A DNA stretch of 64,000 nt, from positions 10,590-74,589 of IMG/VR virus record IMGVR_UViG_3300044546_000600. One strand, given 5' to 3'. Each line of letters opens with the position of its first letter. The stretch's first letter is position 1. Source of the DNA: a virus. Its lineage: Duplodnaviria; Caudoviricetes. The notes beneath the pieces are model-generated. The model did not search any database. It was given only the letters and a program-made list of their open reading frames with translations, and had not been told where the DNA came from. Shown here one piece after another: positions 1-8,331 of the stretch. Position numbers and translations under genes: made by a program.

Positions 1-271
1 TGAAACGTGTTTCATCGGTGTCATCAGGATGATTTTCAACAGTATAATAAGACACGGTATTTATGCTCGTGCCTCCAGCTTGAAGAAATCTTTCAAGCCA
101 TTCAAGACGCTCTTCGGCTTTCTCGGCGCGGACTTGCCACGCGGAGGCGGACTCGGCAACCATTCGTGCGCCGCGAATATACTCGGCCTCGCGTGCGTCA
201 CGTTGCTTCATTAACTCGGCTACTTTCTCTTCCGCTGTAATGAGGTTTTTACTATAGTTTGATGCGTACAT
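1..271 (-). CDS. hypothetical protein, truncated at window edge (not in the ORF track)
   Basis: ATG at 271 opens a stop-free frame MYASNYSKNLITAEEKVAELMKQRDAREAEY... running off position 1; co-oriented with its neighbours. Confidence 0.65.
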   Translation of the reverse strand, partial: MYASNYSKNLITAEEKVAELMKQRDAREAEYIRGARMVAESASAWQVRAEKAEERLEWLERFLQAGGTSINTVSYYTVENHPDDTDETRF

Positions 272-275
272 AAAT

Positions 276-491
276 TTAAATAATATAAGGTCCACAATTC
301 GCAAAATCATTAGGAGACATAACTTTTGGGTTAACTATATCTATAGCACCAAGAGAAAATACCCTATCATACGATTCGTTATGTATTTTCTTGCTATGTT
401 CACGCACATAATCCCCCATCTCCATATGATTCATTTCTGATTTAACAGCTACGGCTTTAAAACAATCTCCTTTGATAATGTATTGAAACAT
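276..491 (-). CDS. hypothetical phage protein
   Basis: 71-aa ORF tightly packed in the minus-strand run. Confidence 0.6.
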   Translation of the reverse strand: MFQYIIKGDCFKAVAVKSEMNHMEMGDYVREHSKKIHNESYDRVFSLGAIDIVNPKVMSPNDFANCGPYII

Positions 492-502
492 AAATTTATT
501 TG

Positions 503-874
503 TTATTGAGTAGAAGGACCATATACACCAATTGGATATTTCTCTCTTACGATCTCGTAAATCTTTTTAACAGCATCTCTTTGATCATATCCTGCTTTAT
601 AAAGCATATCAGCAATTTCTTCAAATACTTTAGTGCGTTCAACATTATAACGCAATGACTCTAAAGTGTTGTCGAATACTTCTTTATTATATATAGGTTC
701 CACTCTCGCTGCGTTTAATGCTCTTACAACAGCATCCATAATAGCATCGGGCGGATCATTTTCAAACGTGCCGCCAGTATTACAAGGAATTTGTTTGCCG
801 ATAAAGCGAAGATACTCTTCCAATTCTTCGTACTTTTTTCTCCATTCCATAACTCTATCGGCTTCTCTCAACAT
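503..874 (-). CDS. hypothetical phage protein
   Basis: Likely start is the ATG at 874 (MLREADRV...) overlapping the upstream stop; the longer ORF in the track overlaps the upstream gene. Confidence 0.6.
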   Translation of the reverse strand: MLREADRVMEWRKKYEELEEYLRFIGKQIPCNTGGTFENDPPDAIMDAVVRALNAARVEPIYNKEVFDNTLESLRYNVERTKVFEEIADMLYKAGYDQRDAVKKIYEIVREKYPIGVYGPSTQ

Positions 875-1161
875 TTGTCGTCCTCCCATTTGCCAATCGT
901 GCGGAGAAAAGCTTCTGCGCGTTGGGCGGAGGTGGCCGTTTCCGGCCAACACCCTGCGACTGTGCAAATATTGCGCAAAATTGAGATATAACCCTGTTTG
1001 TCTCTAACACTGAGAGTGTTCTCCGCCGATTGCATAGCGTTCAAGTCGTGAATGAAGTCGGGGATGAACTGCGCGACAAGTCGCCCCAATTCGTGCGAGT
1101 ATTCGCTACACTTCCATCCTGTCGCTTCAGCAATGGCGATTCTTTGTTGTTCAGCTTTCAT
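868..1161 (-). CDS. hypothetical phage protein
   Basis: 97-aa ORF with start/stop overlaps on both sides; ends in AQRAEAFLRTIGKW. Confidence 0.7.
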   Translation of the reverse strand: MKAEQQRIAIAEATGWKCSEYSHELGRLVAQFIPDFIHDLNAMQSAENTLSVRDKQGYISILRNICTVAGCWPETATSAQRAEAFLRTIGKWEDDKC

Positions 1162-1637
1162 TTGTTATCAACCAAAGCAGCAACAATCTTCTCTGCATTC
1201 TCTTGAATAGAAGGATAGCAAAGAGTATTAAACGAGTCACCGTGTTTCGCAACAAATTTATCCCAATCTTTCTTTTCTTCGGGAGATAGAGTAATTTTGG
1301 CAGGACGAGCCTCACATGCTTTACGGATAATATCAACTAGCTTATTTTCCATAAGACGAGCCGCCGCAGTAATTGCAGACTTCTCTGGATAAATTTGCTG
1401 ACGAATAGAAGTGCATCCTTGTGTAATATGAATGAGCCAAAAGCCTTCACGGAGACCATCATAAGCGTATGGGTCATTTGCAGGAATGAACTTCTTGCCC
1501 ACCTTACGGTAAAGCCGCTGGTCTTCTCTGGCGGCTGCACTTGCAGTTACCGGATCAGTCTGGAACTTATAGTTAAGTTCGGAACGAAGACGTTGGCATT
1601 CGTTCTGATAGTATTCTAAATCTTTATTCTTTTTCAT
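1158..1637 (-). CDS. hypothetical phage protein
   Basis: 159-aa ORF with ATGA-type coupling to its neighbours. Confidence 0.7.
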   Translation of the reverse strand: MKKNKDLEYYQNECQRLRSELNYKFQTDPVTASAAAREDQRLYRKVGKKFIPANDPYAYDGLREGFWLIHITQGCTSIRQQIYPEKSAITAAARLMENKLVDIIRKACEARPAKITLSPEEKKDWDKFVAKHGDSFNTLCYPSIQENAEKIVAALVDNK

Positions 1638-1900
1638 TTTAAATCCTTTTCAATTTCAAAAGTGAATGGCTTAACCGGTTTCCCATCATCAAATCGTTTA
1701 ATAAAAGTTTGCGCTTTTTTAGGCAGCGTGTATGTGTCCCATTCATGTACTTCGCGATGAAGTATTCGTTCAGCGCCAACATTCAACCCAATTTGGGTTG
1801 TCGGTTTAACTTCCCGTTTAAATGCAAGAGCTATAGGGCAATCATAACAACTCCCTCTATATCCTTCTTCAATATCTTTAAGAGTAACTTTAATTTTCAT
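1634..1900 (-). CDS. small CxxC protein, paralog A
   Basis: I-x-VT-x-KDI...SCYDCPIALAFKR...FIKRFDDGKPVKPFTFE; aligns by eye with 1908-2198. Confidence 0.75.
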   Translation of the reverse strand: MKIKVTLKDIEEGYRGSCYDCPIALAFKREVKPTTQIGLNVGAERILHREVHEWDTYTLPKKAQTFIKRFDDGKPVKPFTFEIEKDLK

Positions 1901-1907
1901 TTTGTCT

Positions 1908-2198
1908 TTAGTACTTCGAAAGTGGATGGTTTTTCACTTTGTCTTTTTGTGTTTCAAATGTGAATGGTTTTACAGGTTGATCGTGATCGAATCGTTGAAT
2001 GAATTTTTTTGCCTCTTTAGGTAGAGCGTAAATATACCACATGTCTTTGGTAAAATGTTCTATGGATTCAGCATTAACAGCGAATCCATAACGAATTTGA
2101 TTTTTAACTTTACGTTTAAACGCAAGAGCGACTGGACATTCATAACAAGTTGATTTGAGTCCTTTGTCAATATCTTTTTGTGTTACTTGGATTATCAT
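1908..2198 (-). CDS. small CxxC protein, paralog B
   Basis: IQVTQKDI...TCYECPVALAFKR...FIQRFDHDQPVKPFTFE. Confidence 0.75.
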   Translation of the reverse strand: MIIQVTQKDIDKGLKSTCYECPVALAFKRKVKNQIRYGFAVNAESIEHFTKDMWYIYALPKEAKKFIQRFDHDQPVKPFTFETQKDKVKNHPLSKY

Positions 2199-2419
2199 TT
2201 TAAGTTACCTCCGTAATAATCAAAAGTCTTTTCCATAGCGTCCAAAGTTATAATGAGTTCACCCAACTCGTGTTTTTGATAATACTCGGTTTTCTTTTTC
2301 TTTTTGAGGTCTGCAATGTCTTCATGAAGGTATTCAATAGTCTGCTTTAAGGAAGCGCGAACAATACCGTCAGCTGTATCTGGATCAATTTCTACTTTCA
2401 TGTCTTTATTATTTTTCAT
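2195..2419 (-). CDS. hypothetical protein
   Basis: Likely start ATG at 2419 (MKNNKD...), which avoids overlap with the upstream gene. Confidence 0.6.
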   Translation of the reverse strand: MKNNKDMKVEIDPDTADGIVRASLKQTIEYLHEDIADLKKKKKTEYYQKHELGELIITLDAMEKTFDYYGGNLK

Positions 2420-2420
2420 A

Positions 2421-2696
2421 TTAATTCCAAATTCTATGTTTTTCAGCGACCCATTCGACGCCGTCATACTCTTCAATCTGCCATTGAACATCATCGGGAA
2501 TCTTTACAACTTTAAGTTTTGCAAAACCCCCGTTAGCAGCTTCTCCTAGCTGCTCTACAATTTCTATTAGAATAAGATCGTTACGCTTAATGTCATCCTC
2601 ATATTTAATCGCAGTACCAGCGCGTTCATTATAAAGGGCAAGAGCTTCTTTAGAAAGCCCAAAGCCACCGTGACAAGTGTTAATTACAATTTTCAT
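2421..2696 (-). CDS. conserved-type phage hypothetical protein
   Basis: MKIVINTCHGGFGLS...EEYDGVEWV pattern, which I recognise from many phage hypothetical proteins. Confidence 0.75.
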   Translation of the reverse strand: MKIVINTCHGGFGLSKEALALYNERAGTAIKYEDDIKRNDLILIEIVEQLGEAANGGFAKLKVVKIPDDVQWQIEEYDGVEWVAEKHRIWN

Positions 2697-3279
2697 TTTT
2701 AACAATCTCCGAGTAAGGAAGATAGTTTTGAGTTGTCACATTAGTCTTTGCGAATTGTTTGTTCAATGTCTTTAACCACCCGCCACGCGAATGCAGTTCA
2801 CCAAGTTGACCCGTCGCTTCACAAGTTTTGCCAGAAGCGGTCTCCGCAAAATGAATGGTGCCATCAAGATAATTACTAAACCGATCATTGATTTTTTGAA
2901 GTTCAGGATACTTTTTAGTATTTAAAAGAGAAACGTTTTTCTCGTCAAACTCAAGACGATAATAAAAACGAAGTGTGCCAAACTTCTCTTTAACTTGCTC
3001 TGCAATAACTTGCGGTGGCCGCACTGTAAAGTAATAGGTAGCTTCCTCGTCCTTGTTAATAAACGGTGTGATACCAAGACGCTCACCATCTTCTTTATCT
3101 ACTTGGATAGAAGTAGTGTAGGTGTAGGTAAGAGCTTCGCAAAGAATATCAATAAGATCATACCAACCATCGCCCACTTCAAGACCCCAACACATACAGC
3201 TCTCGGTCTTTGGCTTGGTACGGTCGCCGAAAATCTTTGGATACTTCTCAAATAGTTTTTGTTCTAATTCTGTTTTCAT
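2680..3279 (-). CDS. conserved-type phage hypothetical protein
   Basis: KYPKIF...GDGW...QVKEKFGTLRFY...CEATG motifs typical of a widespread phage family. Confidence 0.8.
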   Translation of the reverse strand: MKTELEQKLFEKYPKIFGDRTKPKTESCMCWGLEVGDGWYDLIDILCEALTYTYTTSIQVDKEDGERLGITPFINKDEEATYYFTVRPPQVIAEQVKEKFGTLRFYYRLEFDEKNVSLLNTKKYPELQKINDRFSNYLDGTIHFAETASGKTCEATGQLGELHSRGGWLKTLNKQFAKTNVTTQNYLPYSEIVKNENCN

Positions 3280-3286
3280 AGTGTGT

Positions 3287-3314
3287 ATAATGTATAATTT
3301 TTATATAATGTCAA
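3287..3314 (-). promoter_or_regulatory. putative sigma70-type promoter (TTGACA-N16-CATTAT)
   Basis: Perfect -35 and a 4/6 -10 in the intergenic gap just upstream of the ATG at 3279. Confidence 0.45.
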
Positions 3315-3321
3315 GATGTTT

Positions 3322-3543
3322 CTACTCACCAACGTCAAGCGCGCCCATTATTGCCTTATGTATTTTAACATCCGTATCTGTCGTATATTGGAATAAAATA
3401 TTATACCTTTTCTTCAAGATAGCATTGTCCTTCTCAAGACGCTCGACTTTGCTAAGCAAAGCTGCTTCACGTTCAGCACCCTTACCGTTCAATACACATT
3501 GTTCATGTATTTCTTCTTCAAGTTGTTGGATTTTGCTTTTCAT
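3322..3543 (-). CDS. small coiled-coil protein
   Basis: 73-aa helical, charged ORF. Confidence 0.65.
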   Translation of the reverse strand: MKSKIQQLEEEIHEQCVLNGKGAEREAALLSKVERLEKDNAILKKRYNILFQYTTDTDVKIHKAIMGALDVGE

Positions 3544-3740
3544 TGGAATAATGTAGTTGTATTTAAAAATTTAGCAAGAGGTTTAAACCAAAGGGGAAGA
3601 GCCGTTATGAACAACCAGACAATTTGAATAATAAATATATCGGTGAATTTGTCGATGAACAGATTGTACATGCCTACCCAAAAGTAAATAAAGCCAACCC
3701 AAAAAATGTAATGACCGATAGAGCGTTGAAATAGTTTCAT
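3540..3740 (-). CDS. small membrane protein
   Basis: Likely start 3740 (MKLFQR...); two hydrophobic, aromatic-rich segments. Confidence 0.65.
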   Translation of the reverse strand: MKLFQRSIGHYIFWVGFIYFWVGMYNLFIDKFTDIFIIQIVWLFITALPLWFKPLAKFLNTTTLFQ

Positions 3741-3742
3741 AA

Positions 3743-3955
3743 TTATTCCTCGACCTGATGAAGAGCATTTCCTGCTTCTGCTCGGATAGCTTGAGCAAGT
3801 TGTTCTACAGTTTTGCAATCATTGTTGCCATACTTCAATAAATTGCGGCACATAGCATCAATTTCATACAATGAGTGCCATGCTTGATTGCAATGAATAG
3901 CTCGCATATGCTCATAGTTATCTTCGGGTAAGTTAAATTCTAGTGTTGCTTTCAT
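3743..3955 (-). CDS. hypothetical phage protein
   Basis: MKATLEFNLPED start, typical of a small phage family. Confidence 0.7.
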   Translation of the reverse strand: MKATLEFNLPEDNYEHMRAIHCNQAWHSLYEIDAMCRNLLKYGNNDCKTVEQLAQAIRAEAGNALHQVEE

Positions 3956-3962
3956 AAATTTA

Positions 3963-4157
3963 TTATTTTGTCATCCAGAGGTAAAATGGAGATAGTATTA
4001 ATTTTAACAATGCAAGAAACCACATGACGGGTCCGCAAAGAATAAACAGGATAATTCTTTGAGGTCTAAGATTTACAGACATATGTGTTTCCATGTATAT
4101 GCTGGGTCCCATTAAAAGCCACAAAATAAGCAAAAAATCAATAAAGTCGGGCTGCAT
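3963..4157 (-). CDS. small membrane protein
   Basis: Likely start 4157 (MQPDFIDF...); two hydrophobic segments. Confidence 0.55.
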   Translation of the reverse strand: MQPDFIDFLLILWLLMGPSIYMETHMSVNLRPQRIILFILCGPVMWFLALLKLILSPFYLWMTK

Positions 4158-4161
4158 AAAG

Positions 4162-4383
4162 TTATTCCAGTTCAACCATCCATTTTGAATCATTGTAGAT
4201 GTAATCCCAAACAACTTCTTGTTTCTTACAAACGTAAGTGCCCGTGTTAACAACTTCATCTCCTAAATTCATAGATGCGATAAAGCTATCAACAATCTTA
4301 TCTTGCTCTAGTTGATGAGCTGCAATTAGTTTTCTAATCTCAGCAATCTTTGCTCGCTGTTCTTTGGTGATTTTAATTTTCAT
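4162..4383 (-). CDS. hypothetical protein
   Basis: Likely start 4383 (MKIKITKEQ...), coupled to the upstream stop. Confidence 0.6.
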   Translation of the reverse strand: MKIKITKEQRAKIAEIRKLIAAHQLEQDKIVDSFIASMNLGDEVVNTGTYVCKKQEVVWDYIYNDSKWMVELE

Positions 4384-4774
4384 ATATAATTTTGTGAAAG
4401 CATTCTGGCAAAATAACGTTAGAAGGAATTTCTTTTCCTTTAAATAAAGCGGCAACATCTTCAACGCTGTATCCAGCAAGACCGCAGCCAATTTTAGTTA
4501 CCAAAAACTCAAGTTGAGGAAAGAGACTAGCTGTACCTAAAAACAAGTCGATTTGGTATTCAATGTCAGAAAGCGGCAAAGTAATGATTTGATGATCTTT
4601 GGTTGGCAAAGCGTAAGATTGGCCATAAAGCCCAACGCCTTTTTTCCAAATTGCGCCGAATTTCTTGTGGGCAAGAGCAGCAGCTCCAGCACCATGAATT
4701 CCAGCTAAATTGCTGCCAAATACGAAGATTTGGTGAGGCTCAAGAGAAGATATATTTTCGGGAGTGAATTTCAT
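4373..4774 (-). CDS. macrodomain-like phage protein (A1S_2505-type family)
   Basis: IFVFGSNLAGIHGAGAA...GQSYALPT...VTKIGCGLAG motifs, resembling the macrodomain N-x-x-x-x-x-G-G-G and GxGxxG loops. Confidence 0.65.
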   Translation of the reverse strand: MKFTPENISSLEPHQIFVFGSNLAGIHGAGAAALAHKKFGAIWKKGVGLYGQSYALPTKDHQIITLPLSDIEYQIDLFLGTASLFPQLEFLVTKIGCGLAGYSVEDVAALFKGKEIPSNVILPECFHKIIYEN

Positions 4775-4807
4775 TTACAAGGTAGATCAAAGTGATTTTT
4801 GCAGGTG

Positions 4808-4813
4808 TGTCAA
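4808..4813 (-). promoter_or_regulatory. TTGACA -35-like box
   Basis: Lies in the divergent intergenic gap upstream of 4774; no good -10 found. Confidence 0.3.
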
Positions 4814-4840
4814 GCGTTTTTAGGATTTTTCTTGAAAAAA

Positions 4841-4846
4841 GTGTAA
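4841..4846 (+). promoter_or_regulatory. GTGTAA upstream motif (candidate phage late promoter)
   Basis: 11 nt before the ATG at 4858; the same hexamer precedes six other genes. Confidence 0.5.
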
Positions 4847-4857
4847 AATAAATTAGA

Positions 4858-5109
4858 ATGCAGATTTCTCCTGTCAATTCTATCTCTTTTGGGCCAAACA
4901 TTAAAGATGCGGCTTCAATGTACGCTAGAAATTCGCCTGTGGGTTTAGTTTCTCCGCAGAAAACCGAAACTGTTGGAGTAGATCAAAGCGAACTTTACGA
5001 TTTAAAAAAGCTTTTAATTAGCGCTATTGACAGCATGAATTTTGGTTTAGCTTTGCAAGTGCTTGACAAGATCATCAAGATGCACAAAGATGCTGGTGCA
5101 ATTTTTTGA
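4858..5109 (+). CDS. hypothetical protein
   Basis: Lone plus-strand 83-aa ORF filling the gap between two minus-strand genes; preceded by GTGTAA. Confidence 0.65.
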   Translation: MQISPVNSISFGPNIKDAASMYARNSPVGLVSPQKTETVGVDQSELYDLKKLLISAIDSMNFGLALQVLDKIIKMHKDAGAIF

Positions 5110-7158
5110 TTACTTGCTAGTTGCGTGATAAACGCCATCCCAATCTTTAGGCAAGTTTGCGGTTTTGAGTTCAGAAATTCGGCTTTCCATCATCTCGTAG
5201 TACCTCATCATCTTTGAGTTTTCCGTTTTTAGTCTAGTCAAATAGATTTCCGCTTCTTGCCAGTTCATCTCGTAGTAGAACTCCATCATCTTCTTGTGAT
5301 GAGAAACAATCTTATTTGCCTTCTCGTCGTTCGCAATTACGGTATAGATTTTGACGCCTTCTTTTTTGCCTTTGACGGCAATGTTGTCTAACTCTAGGAA
5401 ATTGAAAGAGTTCTCGATGCCTTTCACGGTTTGCTCGCCGATAACAATTTCAACGTGGTAAGGCTTGCTTTGGCCTTCTAAACGCGACGAAAGATTAACA
5501 GCGTCTCCAAGGCAAGTATAGTCAAAGCGATTTTCGGAACCCATGTTTCCAACTACAACTGAACCAGAATTGACTCCTACGCCAATCGAAAGTTGCGGTA
5601 ATTTTTCCAATGCAAGTTGTTTATTTAGCTCATCAAGTTTCGTGAACATCTCAACGGCACACTCGATAGCTAATTCTTTGTGGCGAGCAACATCAACAGG
5701 AGCATTCCAAAAAGCCATTACTGCATCTCCAATCAGTTTATCAACAGTTCCATCTTTGCTCATAACTAATTTTAGCATAGGAGTCATGTAACGGTTTATT
5801 AGAGAAGTTAAACCTTGCGGGTCAGTTTTAAAGTGCTCGCTAAGTGCTGTAAATCCGCGAACATCAGAGAATAAGATCGTCAAGTCTTTGGTTTCGCCGC
5901 CAAGTTTTAAAAGCTCTGGATTAGATTGCAGCTTTTTGACCATTGCAGGAGCAAGATAGTGTTCAAACTGCTTTCTAATTTGTTGTTTCTGTTTAAATTC
6001 ATTGATGAAACGCATAAACGCAGACACAGAAAAGCAGATGAAAAGAGCGGCAACTATCCAACTGTAATCAAAAAGAAGTCCGTTGCTAAAAGCTTTGACG
6101 CCATAGGCCACAGGCGCAATCATCAAAGCGATAGATAGCCCAGCACAAATTAAGTAGTTCAGCCAAATGAAAGCGACGATAACAACTAACGCCGCGACTA
6201 AACCATAAAGAATCTCGTAAGTGTTAAACTCTGATGGTCTTTCTAATCTTGAGTCATCTAAAAGCATTTGTGCGGCAAACAAAGGAATTTCGTAGCCATT
6301 CTTAATGTTAACTGATGTTGCAACAGTGTTTGAAAGACCTTCTGCCGTTGGCGCAATCATAACAATTTTGCCTTTAACCTCAGACCAATCTTCTTTGGTG
6401 AAGGAAAAAGAATCAAAAGTGTATTTGAAGTTCAACCAAACTCGCCCATTCTCGTCAGTTTTAATTGTTTTAAATTTGGGAATGCGAATTGCAGCTACGC
6501 CAGATTGATTAACTTTTGCTTGATAGCTTGGATCATTAGAAGCTACGCGCAAGATTTCTAATGGCAGTGTTGGATAAAGTTCTTTGTTCACTTGCACGAT
6601 AAGCGGCAATCTTCTAACTACGCCGTCAACTTCTGGAGCTGTTAGCAGCATACCAACGCCAGCCGCAGCTTCGCCAAGCTCTTTTGTTGGCCCAATCGCC
6701 GCAGGATAATCAAATAGCCACTCATCTATGCCGCCGCCGATTACTGACACTCCTCTAGGCACAGGCGAGCCTTTTCCTTTATTTGCCGCAGACTGACTAA
6801 TGATTACAGGATATTTGCCGAAAGTTTCTTTTAGCGCAGAGTCTCCATTGAATCTGTCGTTCTCAGCAAAGATAATTGGCAACACAACAATCTCTGCGCC
6901 GTTATCAAATGCTTTTGTTATTGCGCTAGCTAAGATTTGTCTTGGGAAAGGCCATTGACCATGCTTCTCAAGAGTTTTCTCATCTATCTCAACAACTACA
7001 ACACTTTCGCTTTTTACTTTCTCTTGAGTGATTTGATAGTAATCTAGCGTTTTTAGTCTTGCAGTCTCAACGAAAAATGGGTCTTTAACTCTTAAAGTTA
7101 AGAGGCAGATCAAAACTAACAGCGAAGCTATTGCGGTATAGATTTTATATTTCTTCAT
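5110..7158 (-). CDS. CHASE2-domain class III adenylate/guanylate cyclase, membrane-bound
   Basis: N-terminal TM, CHASE2 (VVVEIDEKTL...GQWPFPR...DGVVRRLPL), three TM segments, cyclase motifs ILFSDVRGFT, DKLIGDAVMAFW, YTCLGDAVNLSSRLE. Confidence 0.92.
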   Translation of the reverse strand: MKKYKIYTAIASLLVLICLLTLRVKDPFFVETARLKTLDYYQITQEKVKSESVVVVEIDEKTLEKHGQWPFPRQILASAITKAFDNGAEIVVLPIIFAENDRFNGDSALKETFGKYPVIISQSAANKGKGSPVPRGVSVIGGGIDEWLFDYPAAIGPTKELGEAAAGVGMLLTAPEVDGVVRRLPLIVQVNKELYPTLPLEILRVASNDPSYQAKVNQSGVAAIRIPKFKTIKTDENGRVWLNFKYTFDSFSFTKEDWSEVKGKIVMIAPTAEGLSNTVATSVNIKNGYEIPLFAAQMLLDDSRLERPSEFNTYEILYGLVAALVVIVAFIWLNYLICAGLSIALMIAPVAYGVKAFSNGLLFDYSWIVAALFICFSVSAFMRFINEFKQKQQIRKQFEHYLAPAMVKKLQSNPELLKLGGETKDLTILFSDVRGFTALSEHFKTDPQGLTSLINRYMTPMLKLVMSKDGTVDKLIGDAVMAFWNAPVDVARHKELAIECAVEMFTKLDELNKQLALEKLPQLSIGVGVNSGSVVVGNMGSENRFDYTCLGDAVNLSSRLEGQSKPYHVEIVIGEQTVKGIENSFNFLELDNIAVKGKKEGVKIYTVIANDEKANKIVSHHKKMMEFYYEMNWQEAEIYLTRLKTENSKMMRYYEMMESRISELKTANLPKDWDGVYHATSK

Positions 7159-8330
7159 CTCTGAGTAATGTAAACTTTACTTTTTTCCCCAAAGTTTAAA
7201 ACATAAGCTTGACCGTTAACGGTAACGGTAGAGTTAGCGTCGTATTTGGTGGTAAATCTGATTACACCTTTATCAGTAGATAAATATAATGAAGCGTACT
7301 TTCCATCAGTAGTGAATCCGTTGTTAACGGTAGTTGTTCCTGATGTTATATTATTTGTCTGAATTGGATTCGTGATCGAAGGAACTTCAATTTTAGGAAC
7401 TTCTTTAACAACCACTGGTGTTTGAACTTCTACTTTTGGAGCTTCAACTGTTGGAGCTTCTATTTTAGCATCTAGTTTTATTTGGGCAACTTCTGTTTCT
7501 TGTTTAGCTGGAGGCGGGGCATCTGTTGTTGTGCTTGCGGCTTCTGCTACTGATTCAGCAGCAGTTTGTTGCGCCACTTGAGTTTTAGTGTCTCCAGCTT
7601 TCTTATTTGATTTGTCGTCTTTCTTGTCTTCAACTTTATCTTTTTCAGAAGAAACTTTTTTTGTTTCTTTGCTATTCTTCGTAATAGATTTATTACTCTC
7701 TACAAGAAGATTATTATTGATCTTTGATTCATCGGTTAAATCAAGAATAACTGGCAACGTTGGATTAGAGAAAGCGGAAGAAATGAAAGTGGCTTGATAC
7801 GCCTGATTCAACACTACTGTTCCGCTCGCATTTGTAACTTCGATAGAGCCTACCACTGGAGGCGAGCCAGTTAACGCTGGAAGCGACGGCAAAAGAACAA
7901 TTAAACTTTTGCCATCTTCTCCAACGCTCATAGAAAAGTCAGTTCCTCTTACTGACACAACAGCGGTTGGAGTTTTAATCTTTACGTTTTCTTTGCTGTT
8001 CTTGGCGATTAATCCAGAAGTGTATCTAATGGTTCCTGATGCAGCTTTGATAGACAAAGAGCCTTTGCCGCTTGACGGATCATAAACGAATTCATCAATC
8101 TTAAGTTTAGAGAACTCTGTGATTTGAACTCTTGTGTCATCCACAAAGGAAATGTCAACGCGAGATCGAAGTGTTTCGATTGTATCGAACATCTCAATCC
8201 CAACGTTAGCTTTGCCCTCGATCTTATCCTTATCTCTGGTAATTTGAGTTGGCCCAGTAGCCTCTGTTATTTTACCAGATGAACCAAAAAGAGATAAAGC
8301 CGTTAATAAAAATATAACGGCAATTCTCAA
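7155..8330 (-). CDS. FecR-domain periplasmic protein with a long low-complexity C-terminal region
   Basis: Signal peptide, then DTIET...FVDDTRVQITEFSKLKID...IKTPTAVVSVRGTDF; K/E/A/T/P-rich linker. Confidence 0.8.
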   Translation of the reverse strand: MRIAVIFLLTALSLFGSSGKITEATGPTQITRDKDKIEGKANVGIEMFDTIETLRSRVDISFVDDTRVQITEFSKLKIDEFVYDPSSGKGSLSIKAASGTIRYTSGLIAKNSKENVKIKTPTAVVSVRGTDFSMSVGEDGKSLIVLLPSLPALTGSPPVVGSIEVTNASGTVVLNQAYQATFISSAFSNPTLPVILDLTDESKINNNLLVESNKSITKNSKETKKVSSEKDKVEDKKDDKSNKKAGDTKTQVAQQTAAESVAEAASTTTDAPPPAKQETEVAQIKLDAKIEAPTVEAPKVEVQTPVVVKEVPKIEVPSITNPIQTNNITSGTTTVNNGFTTDGKYASLYLSTDKGVIRFTTKYDANSTVTVNGQAYVLNFGEKSKVYITQR

Positions 8331-8331
8331 G

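Noticed and set aside
7-240. Plus-strand ORFs at the window start
   Set aside because: A minus-strand frame starting at 271 fits the local gene orientation better
1634-2198. DGR template/variable repeat pair
   Set aside because: Differences affect all bases, not just adenines, and there is no reverse transcriptase in the window
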